60,535 nucleotides of DNA, from positions 1 to 60,535 of the forward strand of contig JAMCYP010000021.1 in NCBI GenBank assembly GCA_023476545.1, read 5' to 3'. Under the pieces are notes generated by a model. That model was not told where the DNA came from. It searched no databases and saw only the letters and a list, made by a program, of their open reading frames with translations. This DNA comes from Candidatus Marsarchaeota archaeon (lineage in GTDB: Archaea; Micrarchaeota; Micrarchaeia; Micrarchaeales; CABMGC01). Within the stretch, counting starts at the first letter, position 1, and each line of letters opens with the position of its first letter. The translations under genes were made by a program, and so were the position numbers. Positions 37,053 through 46,578 of this stretch are shown one piece after another.

Positions 37053-38216
37053 TCAGAACCTAGTCCTTCTCATGACCCCGAAAAGAAGCACCACGTACAG
37101 AAGCGCCATCGCGCCGAAGACGGCGGCCACGGCATAGAGCCTGAACTCGACTATTGTGGCGCCTGCTACAACCGCTCCCAGAGCTCCGCCGAAACCTCCG
37201 CTCACTACAGAGAGCGCCGCTATCTCGCCAGAATCCTTCCTGTCTATGTCAACTACGGCGCTGAACATCCAGACATCGGCCAGCGTCACCAGCAGCGCGC
37301 TCGCAGACAGTATTATAAGCGAGAAGAAGCTGTCCTTCAAGAGGAACGCGGCGGCAAACACGAACGCTGCCGACGCGACCATGGCTACCCCAACTAACGT
37401 CTTGGTATGTCCGCGCACATATAGCCTGCCTCCGAGGCTGTCACCGAAGGCGAACGGTATGCCAAGCACGCCGATAACGATGCCCCCGAGCAGTACCGTT
37501 GCGCTGCTCAGCCTGGTGATGAGCGGCACTGAGACCCAGACCGCATACGCGAAGAACGAGTACATGAAAGCGCTGAAGAGGAAGGGGACCACGTATCTTG
37601 GCATACGCGACACTAACCCATCCTTTATTGAGAGCAACTTGGAGAACTTGGGCGTATGGCGGCGCGAGACGTCGCTCGCGAACCTCATGCTCTTCATGAA
37701 GAGGAACGACGCTATCGCGATCAGCAAAAGCTCCGTGACTGCGAGCGGCACATTGCCGAAGCCTCCGTATATGAATCCCCCCAGGATCGGTCCCGCGACC
37801 CATCCGACGCCCATCACAGCAAAATCGTACCCAATGAACTTGACGTTCTTCTTCCCCATCACGTTTGACACGTGCGCCGTCGCGCCTATCCAGACGCCCA
37901 CGCCTCCCACTCCAAGCAGGAATACGCCCACTGAGTTCAGCAGTTCGATGTTTGTGGCAAATAGGAAGGGTACCACCAGCAGCGCTAGCATGCTGTCAAA
38001 GACTATCGCCTTTATCCTCCCGAAATCTGCAAAGAAACCGAAAGGCACAGCTCCAAGCACCTCTATGAGAGGAATCAGAGATATGAGCACCCCGACGGCG
38101 AAGTAGTCGCTCGCCAGGGTCTGCGAGAAGATGAGCGGCATCGTGTACCATATTGCGCCCTGCGCCACGTAGGCGAGGAGCACCGCGAGCATGAAGGTCA
38201 CGTTCCTTCCGTTCAT
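37053..38216 (-). CDS. MFS transporter
   Basis: About 12 hydrophobic helices, GFFADFGR motif A, GPILGG. Confidence 0.85.
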   Translation of the reverse strand: MNGRNVTFMLAVLLAYVAQGAIWYTMPLIFSQTLASDYFAVGVLISLIPLIEVLGAVPFGFFADFGRIKAIVFDSMLALLVVPFLFATNIELLNSVGVFLLGVGGVGVWIGATAHVSNVMGKKNVKFIGYDFAVMGVGWVAGPILGGFIYGGFGNVPLAVTELLLIAIASFLFMKSMRFASDVSRRHTPKFSKLLSIKDGLVSRMPRYVVPFLFSAFMYSFFAYAVWVSVPLITRLSSATVLLGGIVIGVLGIPFAFGDSLGGRLYVRGHTKTLVGVAMVASAAFVFAAAFLLKDSFFSLIILSASALLVTLADVWMFSAVVDIDRKDSGEIAALSVVSGGFGGALGAVVAGATIVEFRLYAVAAVFGAMALLYVVLLFGVMRRTRF

Positions 38217-38275
38217 CGCATCAGCACGAATCTTGACGCGGCAACCTTAATATCTTAACCATCAAACTATCTTCG

Positions 38276-39730
38276 GTGCAACGTTTGCAGGTATACAACA
38301 CGCTCTCTAGAGGCAAGGAGGAGTTCGCCCCGATGCACGACAGGGCGGTGAACATGTTTGTCTGTGGACAGACAGTGTACGATGATGCACATCTAGGGCA
38401 CGCGCGCACGTACATCGCGTTCGACATCGTTGTAAGGTGGCTCAAGCACCTAGGCTACAAGGTAAACTACGTCCAGAACATCACTGACATAGATGATAAG
38501 ATAATAGCAAGGGCCAGGGAGAAGGGAATCGAGCCGATAGAGCTTGCCAGGCAGTACGAGCAGAGGTTCATGGAGGACATGGACAGGGTAGGCGTCAAGC
38601 AAAATGTCAGCTCGTATCCCAGGTCACACGACTACATAACTGCAATAAAGGAGCAGATACAGCTGCTCCTTGACAAGGATTTCGCATACCTGCTCGAAGG
38701 CGACGTCTACTACGACGTTGCAAAGTTCAGGGACTATACTGCTCTGTCTGGAATGAAGATGGACGAGCTCGAGAAGCACAGGATAGAGCCGAAGGAGGGC
38801 AAGCGCAACGTTTACGATTTCGTCCTGTGGAAGGCTTCAAAGCCCGGCGAACCTTCCTGGGACGTGGAGGTCCATGTCGATGGCAAAGCGGTCCGTCTAT
38901 CCGGAAGGCCTGGCTGGCACATAGAAGACACGGCAATAACCCACTCGATATTCGGCCCGCAGTACGACCTGCACGGCGGAGCGAGCGAGCTCATGTTCCC
39001 ACACCACACGAACGAGATAGCGCAGGCAGAGGCTGCATTCGGCGTCAAGCCGTTCGTCAAGTACTGGATGCATTCTGGAGTGCTGAACATAAAGGGGCAG
39101 AAGATGAGCAAGAGCCTGAGGAACTTCATAACGATACGAGACTTACTGGCCAAGTACCCGGCCGAGGCCCTGCGGTTTTTCGTGGCCTCTACGCACTACA
39201 GGAAGGAGATAAACTACACTGAGGAGCTTATGCGCGACGCGAACAAGCTCATGTACTACGTCAACCAGTCTGTCGGCATACTGAACAACCTGCCTGCGGA
39301 CGAGAACGCGAGCGGAGAGGAGCTGGTGCAGGCGATAGGTCTCCTTGAGAAGGAGTTCACCGAAGCTATGGACGACGACTTCAACACATCCCTGGCTCTG
39401 ATGAGGCTGACGACCGCGATGAGAAGGGTGAGGCAGTTTTCAGATGAGAAAGGAGGCATAGACCAAAGGTCAAAGGAGACCGCACTAGGCAAGATTGTGG
39501 CTCTGGGTGACCTGCTCGGGATTATGAGTGAAAGTCTGTACAAGCAGGCTCTGTCGGCTGAGGTAGTTCAGATGATAAAGAAGAGGGAGGAGCTGAGGAG
39601 GACAAAGAACTTCGATGAGGCAGACAGGATGAGAGCGGAGATAGAATCTAAACACGGAATAAAGATCGAAGACACAGAATACGGTACTGTATGGTATCCC
39701 GGCGGTGCCCCTTCGCCAAAGGAGAGATAG
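38276..39730 (+). CDS. cysS: cysteine--tRNA ligase
   Basis: CGQTVYD.AHLGH, NITDIDDK, GRPGWHIE, FPHH.NE.AQ, KMSKS. Confidence 0.96.
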   Translation: MQRLQVYNTLSRGKEEFAPMHDRAVNMFVCGQTVYDDAHLGHARTYIAFDIVVRWLKHLGYKVNYVQNITDIDDKIIARAREKGIEPIELARQYEQRFMEDMDRVGVKQNVSSYPRSHDYITAIKEQIQLLLDKDFAYLLEGDVYYDVAKFRDYTALSGMKMDELEKHRIEPKEGKRNVYDFVLWKASKPGEPSWDVEVHVDGKAVRLSGRPGWHIEDTAITHSIFGPQYDLHGGASELMFPHHTNEIAQAEAAFGVKPFVKYWMHSGVLNIKGQKMSKSLRNFITIRDLLAKYPAEALRFFVASTHYRKEINYTEELMRDANKLMYYVNQSVGILNNLPADENASGEELVQAIGLLEKEFTEAMDDDFNTSLALMRLTTAMRRVRQFSDEKGGIDQRSKETALGKIVALGDLLGIMSESLYKQALSAEVVQMIKKREELRRTKNFDEADRMRAEIESKHGIKIEDTEYGTVWYPGGAPSPKER

Positions 39731-39748
39731 ACATACTTCGCTTCTTCT

Positions 39749-40057
39749 TTATGTTGCCTCTAGGTACGGGCCTCCGTCTTCTCTGATTTCGGCTTTCCCG
39801 TCCCGTTCAAGTTCGTACACGAGTCTGGAAGGTATCTGAATCGTATGGCCGGGTTCGGTCTCGATAATGCACAGCTCTGTCTCCACGGAGGTTTTTACCG
39901 TCTTAAACTTCCGAGGAGTTTTCCCCGCCAGCAGCGTCAGCAACTCTTTTTTGGCTCTCTCGTCAGCCTCGTTCATCAGCCGTTCGCCTACCGCGCGAAG
40001 CTCACTGCTTCCCATCTTGTCCAGGGACCTCGCGCCGATCCTTTCTTTGGTCTGCAT
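39749..40057 (-). CDS. hypothetical protein
   Basis: 102 aa ORF 4 bp downstream of the TrpD-like gene on the same strand. Confidence 0.55.
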   Translation of the reverse strand: MQTKERIGARSLDKMGSSELRAVGERLMNEADERAKKELLTLLAGKTPRKFKTVKTSVETELCIIETEPGHTIQIPSRLVYELERDGKAEIREDGGPYLEAT

Positions 40058-40061
40058 AGCA

Positions 40062-41348
40062 TCATTCCTGATTGATGAGTGGCAGGCGCTGCCTTACCTT
40101 CTCTATTATTCTCCAGTGCTCTCCGTTTTGCAACGATACTCGTGCAGCTTCTGTGCCGTCCCTAAAGTTAAAGTCTCCTTTGCTCATAGCTATCACTGCA
40201 CCCGTGTTCGCAAGTACTGTATTCACCGCCCCCTCGGTGGTTTCCCTTTTCAGAGTGTCCAGAGTGAACTTTAGCCTGTCTTTCTTGTTAAGGCTTGGAG
40301 GCGAGACCTCGGACGGTTCCGCAGGATGTGTGAGCCCGAAATCAGTATAATCCAGGTGAATGCGCTCTACCTCTTCGCCGTGCAGGAAGGCCGCGGTCGT
40401 GCCGCCTTCTAATATAGATACCTCATCCATGCATTCGGCTGGCCGCTCGGCGTTCACCAGCCCCTTGACTATAAGCGCGGTATCAACTTTTGTTATGCCC
40501 TTTTTGTTGAGTATGCGGTAAGCGTCAGCTATCACATGGGGTGGTGTGACGTTGTTTGTTCCCAATACCTTGATGTTTAACTTTTCTGTGTTGGTCGGAT
40601 TTGTCATCGGACCTATGATGTCGTTCATATGGGCCAGATGTGCAACAGAATGGGTCTGCGTGTGTACTATCTTGTAGCGGCTGTCAAGGGCTTCTATGTA
40701 GCAGAAACCTACCCCGTCTATCGTCTCCTCTACGGCACGAGGCTGGTAGTTGAGCCCCGAGTCTATGTTGAGATAGGTAATGAAATCAGAGCTGCCGGAT
40801 TTCATCGCATTTCCCGGAGAGCCGTGTTTCGCGACCTTCACCCCCGCGCCCGCAGCCACGAATGCTGACGCCGTACTAACGTGGAATGTGGGGAACGTGT
40901 CCCCGCCGGTTCCGCAGTTATCGGTCAGCCTCTCCGCATCGGGATTAAGGAAACCGTATTCAGAGTTCCCTATATCGTAGTCAAAAATTGCAGCGATTAT
41001 CCCGGCGAGTTGTTCCGAGGCACCTTCGACGTTGTGTGTCGCAGTGTTGTACATAGATGAGAGCAGAACTGTGCCCTGGATCTTGGCGATATTGAGGTCC
41101 TTTCCGAACGTCTCCTGCAACTTCTCGTTTGAATTCAATGAGGTGTAGTATGGGTATACCGCAAACACACCCAAACAGTAACCCTGCTCGAAGCTCAATG
41201 GCTTGTTCAGTCTTCCGTTGTATTTCAGAATGTAGTTTGCAAAGTCGCCTCCCTGCGAGGTCCTGCTGGCCCTCAGCAATTCCGGAATCTCGGTCGATTT
41301 GAACAGAGGCTCCTTTCTACTCACGGTCATTGTCATGTTTCTCCCCAC
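40062..41348 (-). CDS. anthranilate phosphoribosyltransferase-like protein (divergent TrpD family)
   Basis: DNCGTGGD, VSTASAFVAAGAGVKVAKHG, KSGSSD, GPMTNP, MDE. Confidence 0.85.
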   Translation of the reverse strand: MGRNMTMTVSRKEPLFKSTEIPELLRASRTSQGGDFANYILKYNGRLNKPLSFEQGYCLGVFAVYPYYTSLNSNEKLQETFGKDLNIAKIQGTVLLSSMYNTATHNVEGASEQLAGIIAAIFDYDIGNSEYGFLNPDAERLTDNCGTGGDTFPTFHVSTASAFVAAGAGVKVAKHGSPGNAMKSGSSDFITYLNIDSGLNYQPRAVEETIDGVGFCYIEALDSRYKIVHTQTHSVAHLAHMNDIIGPMTNPTNTEKLNIKVLGTNNVTPPHVIADAYRILNKKGITKVDTALIVKGLVNAERPAECMDEVSILEGGTTAAFLHGEEVERIHLDYTDFGLTHPAEPSEVSPPSLNKKDRLKFTLDTLKRETTEGAVNTVLANTGAVIAMSKGDFNFRDGTEAARVSLQNGEHWRIIEKVRQRLPLINQE

Positions 41349-41439
41349 GACTATTGGACCTGTGCCTTTTCCCCTATATAAGCATTTTCTCCATTTTCGT
41401 CAGATGTGTTTTTAAAGGGGTCTGCAATTTTGTCTGGTT

Positions 41440-42303
41440 CTATCTGATCTTCCTGACTGCGTCCATAAGCCTCGCCACGCGTCTGGAGTCTATACGTGCT
41501 GAATGCGGCTTAACCTGCCTTTCTCCACTTACGCGTTCTCCCTTTTTCAGAGACGTGCCAACTATCGCGCCATCGGCGTATTTCATAAGTGTTCCAGCAT
41601 TCCTGAAGTCCAAGCCGCTGCCTATTATAACCGGCACATCCACGCTAGCCTTCGCCTCGGCCAGCGCCTCGGACTTGGGCGAATCGGCGGTCCATCTCCC
41701 AGTCACTATTATCGCATCCGCACCCTCGCGCTCCGCCTTCCTTGCTGATTCGGCGATTGTGATCTGCTTGTCCAACATCTCGGCGTGCTTGACGTGTATA
41801 TCAGCAAATATCATTACGTCTTCGGCGCCCAGCTTCCTCCTGTACTCTATGACCTTCTGCGGCTGCGCACGTATGATGCCGAAATCCGTTCTCACGCTGT
41901 CCACAAATACCGGAACTCTGATGAACCTGGCTCCTGTGGTTTTGGCTATGGACAGCGCCGCCATGTAGTCGTTCCACAGCACGCTTACTCCAAACGCCGT
42001 GTGCGCGTTCCTTTTAAGCTCCACACCGAGGTATGTCATCGCCGCTACCGTCTCTGGCCCGACAAATATCTTGTGCGGCACATCATAGTTGTTCTCAATT
42101 ATCACGCCGTTTATCCCTCCCCTCTTAAATGCACGCAGGTCTTTCTCCGCATATTTCAGTATGTTGCTTAATCCGCCGAAATCGTTGTAACCAAACAGCG
42201 GCGCGAAGTGCAGCGCGCCTATTATCGGTTTTCGTACACCAAATATCTCCTTGAGCATCGTCAGCCCTCTCTTGTAACTCATAATCTTTCTTCCGTTTTC
42301 CAC
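41440..42303 (-). CDS. BtpA/SgcQ family TIM-barrel protein
   Basis: IGALH, IIENNYDVP, GVSVLWND, ADIHVKHA, ADAIIVTG, IGSG, DGAIVGTSLK; true start may be 42258 or 42282. Confidence 0.92.
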   Translation of the reverse strand: MENGRKIMSYKRGLTMLKEIFGVRKPIIGALHFAPLFGYNDFGGLSNILKYAEKDLRAFKRGGINGVIIENNYDVPHKIFVGPETVAAMTYLGVELKRNAHTAFGVSVLWNDYMAALSIAKTTGARFIRVPVFVDSVRTDFGIIRAQPQKVIEYRRKLGAEDVMIFADIHVKHAEMLDKQITIAESARKAEREGADAIIVTGRWTADSPKSEALAEAKASVDVPVIIGSGLDFRNAGTLMKYADGAIVGTSLKKGERVSGERQVKPHSARIDSRRVARLMDAVRKIR

Positions 42304-42436
42304 TTTTAAAAAGCTTTACCATCATCAGCTTCTGCATGCTTCGAATGCCTTTACCAGGCATTTTACATTCCAAACAAATAACAGAGTTATACTTATAAAT
42401 GGGGAAATTTCTTATCTAATAGCTTTATCAACTAAT

Positions 42437-43648
42437 GTGAATAAGATGTCTACTAGACAGAAGGATACGGCTGAGATCGCCGGAGGGGCTTCGCTCAAAG
42501 AACTGTCGCGGGGCCGAGAGGTCTCAATCAGGGGTAATGCTGTGGCACTAGACGAGGCAAACGCCAAGCTCATAAACACATTCGGCGCGGCTAGCGTGAA
42601 GGATCTGAAAGAGGTTCCCGACTTCTACACATTCAGCAATGAGCTAATCGTTTCCCACAGGGACTTCGACAGATACTATACCAGGCTGCTTTCCGGAGAA
42701 AGGAGCGCAATAGTGTCGGGACTGAATCCAAGCGCAACAATACACATAGGTCACATCCCTGTATTCGATACGAACCTCTACTTCCAGCAGAAACACGGTG
42801 TTGAGGTCTTCATACCCTTCTCAGATGACGAGAGCTACGTCTCGCTCAAGATTAAGACGCAGGAGGAGGGGTTGAAGTACGCGCTACAGCTGACGAGAAG
42901 CATGCTCGCCTACGGATTCGACACAAGGAGGACGCATGTGATAATTGACCAGATATACACCAACATATACAACCTTGCGATAAAGCTCTCGCGCAGCATC
43001 ACAATGTCTGAGGTCAAGTCCGTATACAGCTATACCAACGACCAGAATACAGGATTGCACTTCTATCCGGCGATACAGTCCGCACACGTGCTGCTTCCAA
43101 ACCAGTTCGGGATGAGCAACGTGCTCGTTCCTATAGGACCTGACGAGGATGCGCACCTGAGAATATGCAGAGACATAGCTGACAGGTTCAAGTACGAGAA
43201 GCCGGCGGTTCTTCACTCCAAGTTCCTGCCCGGCGTCGATGGGGAAAAGATGTCAAAATCGAGAGGCAATGCGGTCTTCTTCCTTGACCCGGCAAAGGAG
43301 GTAAAGAGGAAGATAATGTCCGCATTTAGCGGAGGCAGGGGCACAGTAGAGGAGCATAGACGTCTGGGCGGCAATCCGGACGTTGATGTAGCCTACATGT
43401 ACCTCAAGAGCTATTTCTTGAAGGCGGAGGAGGCAAAGCAGCTCTACGCTGATTACAAGCAGGGTAAGCTGTTGAGCGGAGAGATGAAAAAGATGCTTCT
43501 GGAGCACGTACAGGCGCGCATAGACGACTTCCAACACAAGTACGAGAAGGTCACGGAGAGCGACATCGAGAAGGTTGTAATGAGGAACGAGGATGTCGAT
43601 CTCAAGTCGCTGATAGACAGGTCTGGCGCGTTCTCTACGAAGAAGTGA
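42437..43648 (+). CDS. tryptophan--tRNA ligase paralogue 1 (archaeal/eukaryotic type, non-canonical pocket)
   Basis: HIGH, SDDE, YPAIQ, KMSKS, AFSGGRGTVEEHRRLGGNPDVD, LLSGEMK. Confidence 0.88.
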   Translation: MNKMSTRQKDTAEIAGGASLKELSRGREVSIRGNAVALDEANAKLINTFGAASVKDLKEVPDFYTFSNELIVSHRDFDRYYTRLLSGERSAIVSGLNPSATIHIGHIPVFDTNLYFQQKHGVEVFIPFSDDESYVSLKIKTQEEGLKYALQLTRSMLAYGFDTRRTHVIIDQIYTNIYNLAIKLSRSITMSEVKSVYSYTNDQNTGLHFYPAIQSAHVLLPNQFGMSNVLVPIGPDEDAHLRICRDIADRFKYEKPAVLHSKFLPGVDGEKMSKSRGNAVFFLDPAKEVKRKIMSAFSGGRGTVEEHRRLGGNPDVDVAYMYLKSYFLKAEEAKQLYADYKQGKLLSGEMKKMLLEHVQARIDDFQHKYEKVTESDIEKVVMRNEDVDLKSLIDRSGAFSTKK

Positions 43649-43663
43649 GCGCTCGGTGGGCGC

Positions 43664-44752
43664 ATGAGAGCGGAGAAAGAGATGCCTGCAAACGCGGGCG
43701 AATTGGTAAAACCCAGCGACGACAACATAAAGCTTGTAGAATTGTTTGGCGCCACCAAGGTAACTAATAAGGGCCAGTTTCCAGATTTCCAGGCCTTCAG
43801 GGCGGGCCTCGTCTACTCACACAGGGGGGCCGACGAATTCTATTCAAGGATCTTAAAGAATGAAGAAAGCGCCATAGTGTCCGGATTCAACTCCAAGGTC
43901 GTCCTGCATCTGGGTCACGCTGCGATACTCGGTATGGATTTGGAGTTCCAGAGAAAATACGGGACAGAGGTCTTCATACCGATCTCTGATGATGAGAGCT
44001 ATCTGCTTTCGAAGGCGAAGAGCCCTGAGGAAAGCGTGGGCTCGGCCTTTAGGCTGATCAGGTCGCTTCTTGCCTTTGGTTTCGACCCAAGCAAGACCAG
44101 GTTCATAGTCAACCAGCTGCGTAGCGACGTGTACAATCTCGCCATGAAGCTCTCGAGAGGGCTTACGGCCTCTGAAATAAAGGCGATTTACGGATTCGGA
44201 GACGAGCAGAATATTGGCATGTTCTTCTACCCAGCGGTACAGGCCGCGCAGCTTGTTGCACCGCAGCTTTCCGGGATAAGAAACACGCTGGTTCCGATAG
44301 GCCCGAACGAAGACGTGTACCTGCGCGCCTGCAGGGATGTAACCTCGCGCTTCGGGTATGAGAAGCCTGCTGTCCTTCACTTCAAGTTTCTGCCGGGGAT
44401 AGATGGTAGGACAATGTCCTCGTCAAAAGGCAACGCCATAACGTTTTTGGATGACGAGGACACTCTCCGCAAGAAACTTGCTGCGCATCCAGATGATGGG
44501 AGCGTGTCGTTTCTCTATCTCAAGAGCTACTTTTCGCACGATGCGGCTGCGATGCAGGCGTGCTCTGACTTCTTAGAGGGCAAAACAAAGGGCGAAGAGT
44601 TAAGGGAGGTGCTGCTCGGTCAACTGTTGCAGCTCACAAAAGAGTTTCAGGATCGTTATATGAAAACAGATGAGACAGACGTAGAAAAAGTGCTGCTCAC
44701 CAACGAGGGCACAGACCTGAGAGCGATGCTTCGAAAGCTCAACATAGTATGA
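43664..44752 (+). CDS. tryptophan--tRNA ligase paralogue 2 (degenerate)
   Basis: Colinear with the preceding ORF (HLGH, SDDESY, FYPAVQ, LVPIGP, FLPGIDG), but has TMSSS and a deletion in the anticodon-domain loop. Confidence 0.85.
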   Translation: MRAEKEMPANAGELVKPSDDNIKLVELFGATKVTNKGQFPDFQAFRAGLVYSHRGADEFYSRILKNEESAIVSGFNSKVVLHLGHAAILGMDLEFQRKYGTEVFIPISDDESYLLSKAKSPEESVGSAFRLIRSLLAFGFDPSKTRFIVNQLRSDVYNLAMKLSRGLTASEIKAIYGFGDEQNIGMFFYPAVQAAQLVAPQLSGIRNTLVPIGPNEDVYLRACRDVTSRFGYEKPAVLHFKFLPGIDGRTMSSSKGNAITFLDDEDTLRKKLAAHPDDGSVSFLYLKSYFSHDAAAMQACSDFLEGKTKGEELREVLLGQLLQLTKEFQDRYMKTDETDVEKVLLTNEGTDLRAMLRKLNIV

Positions 44753-44797
44753 TGCGTGCCGGTGTGAAGAAAAACATTTAAGACTAGTTATCGCTGT

Positions 44798-45583
44798 ATG
44801 TCTGACTGCATGAAGAACTATATCGTGATAGTCAGCGACTGCAGCGACGTCGCATACAATGAAATGCGTGCGGCAATCGCAAACGAACTGGATGCGCTGG
44901 GGAGCGCTGACGATGTTGTTGTTGAACCGGTGGTGAGCGCCGCCCCATTCTCAATAATAAATGGTGCGTTTCTTGTCAGGCTGATGGCCGAGATATACCC
45001 TCCGGCCCGCACGACAATGCTCGTGGTGCTGAATCCGAGCAAGGTCAGGCCCGAACGCATTGCAGGGGAAACCAAGAACGGCTTCAAGTTCGTGGGCGCA
45101 AACACCGGCACACTCAACTGGCTGATAAATGACTTTGGCCTCAAAAAGCTTTACGAACTGCGCGATCCCGGGTTCGTGTCGTTCGGCGGCAAATACGTTC
45201 ATTCACCAGCGGCCGCAAAGGTTGCCACAGGTATCGAGTTCGAGAAGGTGGGCAACCCAATCGATCCGAACGTGATCAGTAAGTTCAAGATAGAGGACGG
45301 TACCGCGGTACACATAGATAATTTTGGACTCGTGAAGATAAAGGGGAAACCACCCTCATTTAATGAGGGACAGAAGCTAAGCATCTACGTGAACAATACA
45401 ATGCGCTTCGAGGCCGTGTACGCAAACAGGATGATGAACCTGGATGACGGTGTGACCGCGCTCTACAGGGGAAGCTCGCTTGGCGGTATGCCAGAAATAG
45501 GAATGGTGAGGAAGACGGATGGCGCAAAACTCCTTGGCATAAAGATCGGTGACATGGTCAGGTGGGAGACGAGCTCCAGGTAG
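44798..45583 (+). CDS. SAM hydroxide adenosyltransferase / SAM-dependent halogenase (DUF62) family
   Basis: PFSIINGAF, FVGANTG, SFGGK..SPAAA, HIDNFG, GSSLGGMPEI. Confidence 0.8.
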   Translation: MSDCMKNYIVIVSDCSDVAYNEMRAAIANELDALGSADDVVVEPVVSAAPFSIINGAFLVRLMAEIYPPARTTMLVVLNPSKVRPERIAGETKNGFKFVGANTGTLNWLINDFGLKKLYELRDPGFVSFGGKYVHSPAAAKVATGIEFEKVGNPIDPNVISKFKIEDGTAVHIDNFGLVKIKGKPPSFNEGQKLSIYVNNTMRFEAVYANRMMNLDDGVTALYRGSSLGGMPEIGMVRKTDGAKLLGIKIGDMVRWETSSR

Positions 45584-45660
45584 GCCTTTCCATTGCCGTT
45601 CAATCGCTTTTTAAACCTTGCCAACCACAGTAAGCATGTGGTACAGATGAGGCGCTTATC

Positions 45661-46578
45661 TTGGAAAGAGACTATCTCTACGTACTGCTGGCGATATTGA
45701 TATGGTCCACGCAAGCGTTTGTCACAAAACTGCTTGTGACATCGCTTAGCCCAGTTATTGTATATTTCTTCTCGTCTCTGCTCGCCGGGGCGACCCTTCT
45801 TATCCTCTATTTCCTGCTCAACAAAGGCGCTTCCGCCAGACGCATCTTCAAAAAGCCAGGAAAGATACTGATAATATCCGTGCTTCTCGGCGCGTCGAAC
45901 CTCCTACTCTTCACTTCCTTTTCCATGCTCCAGGCGTCGAGCGTGGTGATCACGCTCTACGTGTACCCGATACTGATGGCCATCTTCAACTCCCTACTGT
46001 TCACCAAGAAGTTTGAGACCAGAGAGCTCGTTGGCGTGCTTTTCGGATTTCTCGGCATTTTCATATTCGCTACCGGAGGCTCTTTGACCACGCTGCACAT
46101 AGAAAGCTCCTACGGCTACCTCATGGTGCTCGGAGGCGCAGTGGCGTGGGCGCTCTATCTCATAGTGCAGAAGCACTTCGGTCTCGAAGTGGTGAGCTCA
46201 AACGGGCTCGCATTCCTCATATCCGCGCTCTTCGCCCTCCCGCTCCTCACCCTCATAAACCTCAGTGGAATCTACAGCATATCCAACCCGCAGATACTCG
46301 TGATGCTGCTATATTTCAGCGTGATGACCTTCGGAATAGCAAACATACTCTACCTCAATGGGCTGAGGAAGGTCAGGGTGATAAACGGGGCTCTGGGTAG
46401 CTACCTAACTCCTGTCATAGCGGTTATTCTGAACTATCTTGTGCTAGGCGAACTGATCTTCTGGTACGATATAGTGCCTATCTTGTTTGTCTTCATTGGC
46501 TTCTTGGTTATCAATTGGAACGCGGTGAGCGCTGCGCTTCCGAAGCTTCGAGGCCATGGTCCCAGTTTTGGTCAATAG
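45661..46578 (+). CDS. EamA/DMT family transporter
   Basis: About 10 TM helices, IWS, YVYP, GAVAWALY, YLTPVIAV..LGE. Confidence 0.9.
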   Translation: MERDYLYVLLAILIWSTQAFVTKLLVTSLSPVIVYFFSSLLAGATLLILYFLLNKGASARRIFKKPGKILIISVLLGASNLLLFTSFSMLQASSVVITLYVYPILMAIFNSLLFTKKFETRELVGVLFGFLGIFIFATGGSLTTLHIESSYGYLMVLGGAVAWALYLIVQKHFGLEVVSSNGLAFLISALFALPLLTLINLSGIYSISNPQILVMLLYFSVMTFGIANILYLNGLRKVRVINGALGSYLTPVIAVILNYLVLGELIFWYDIVPILFVFIGFLVINWNAVSAALPKLRGHGPSFGQ

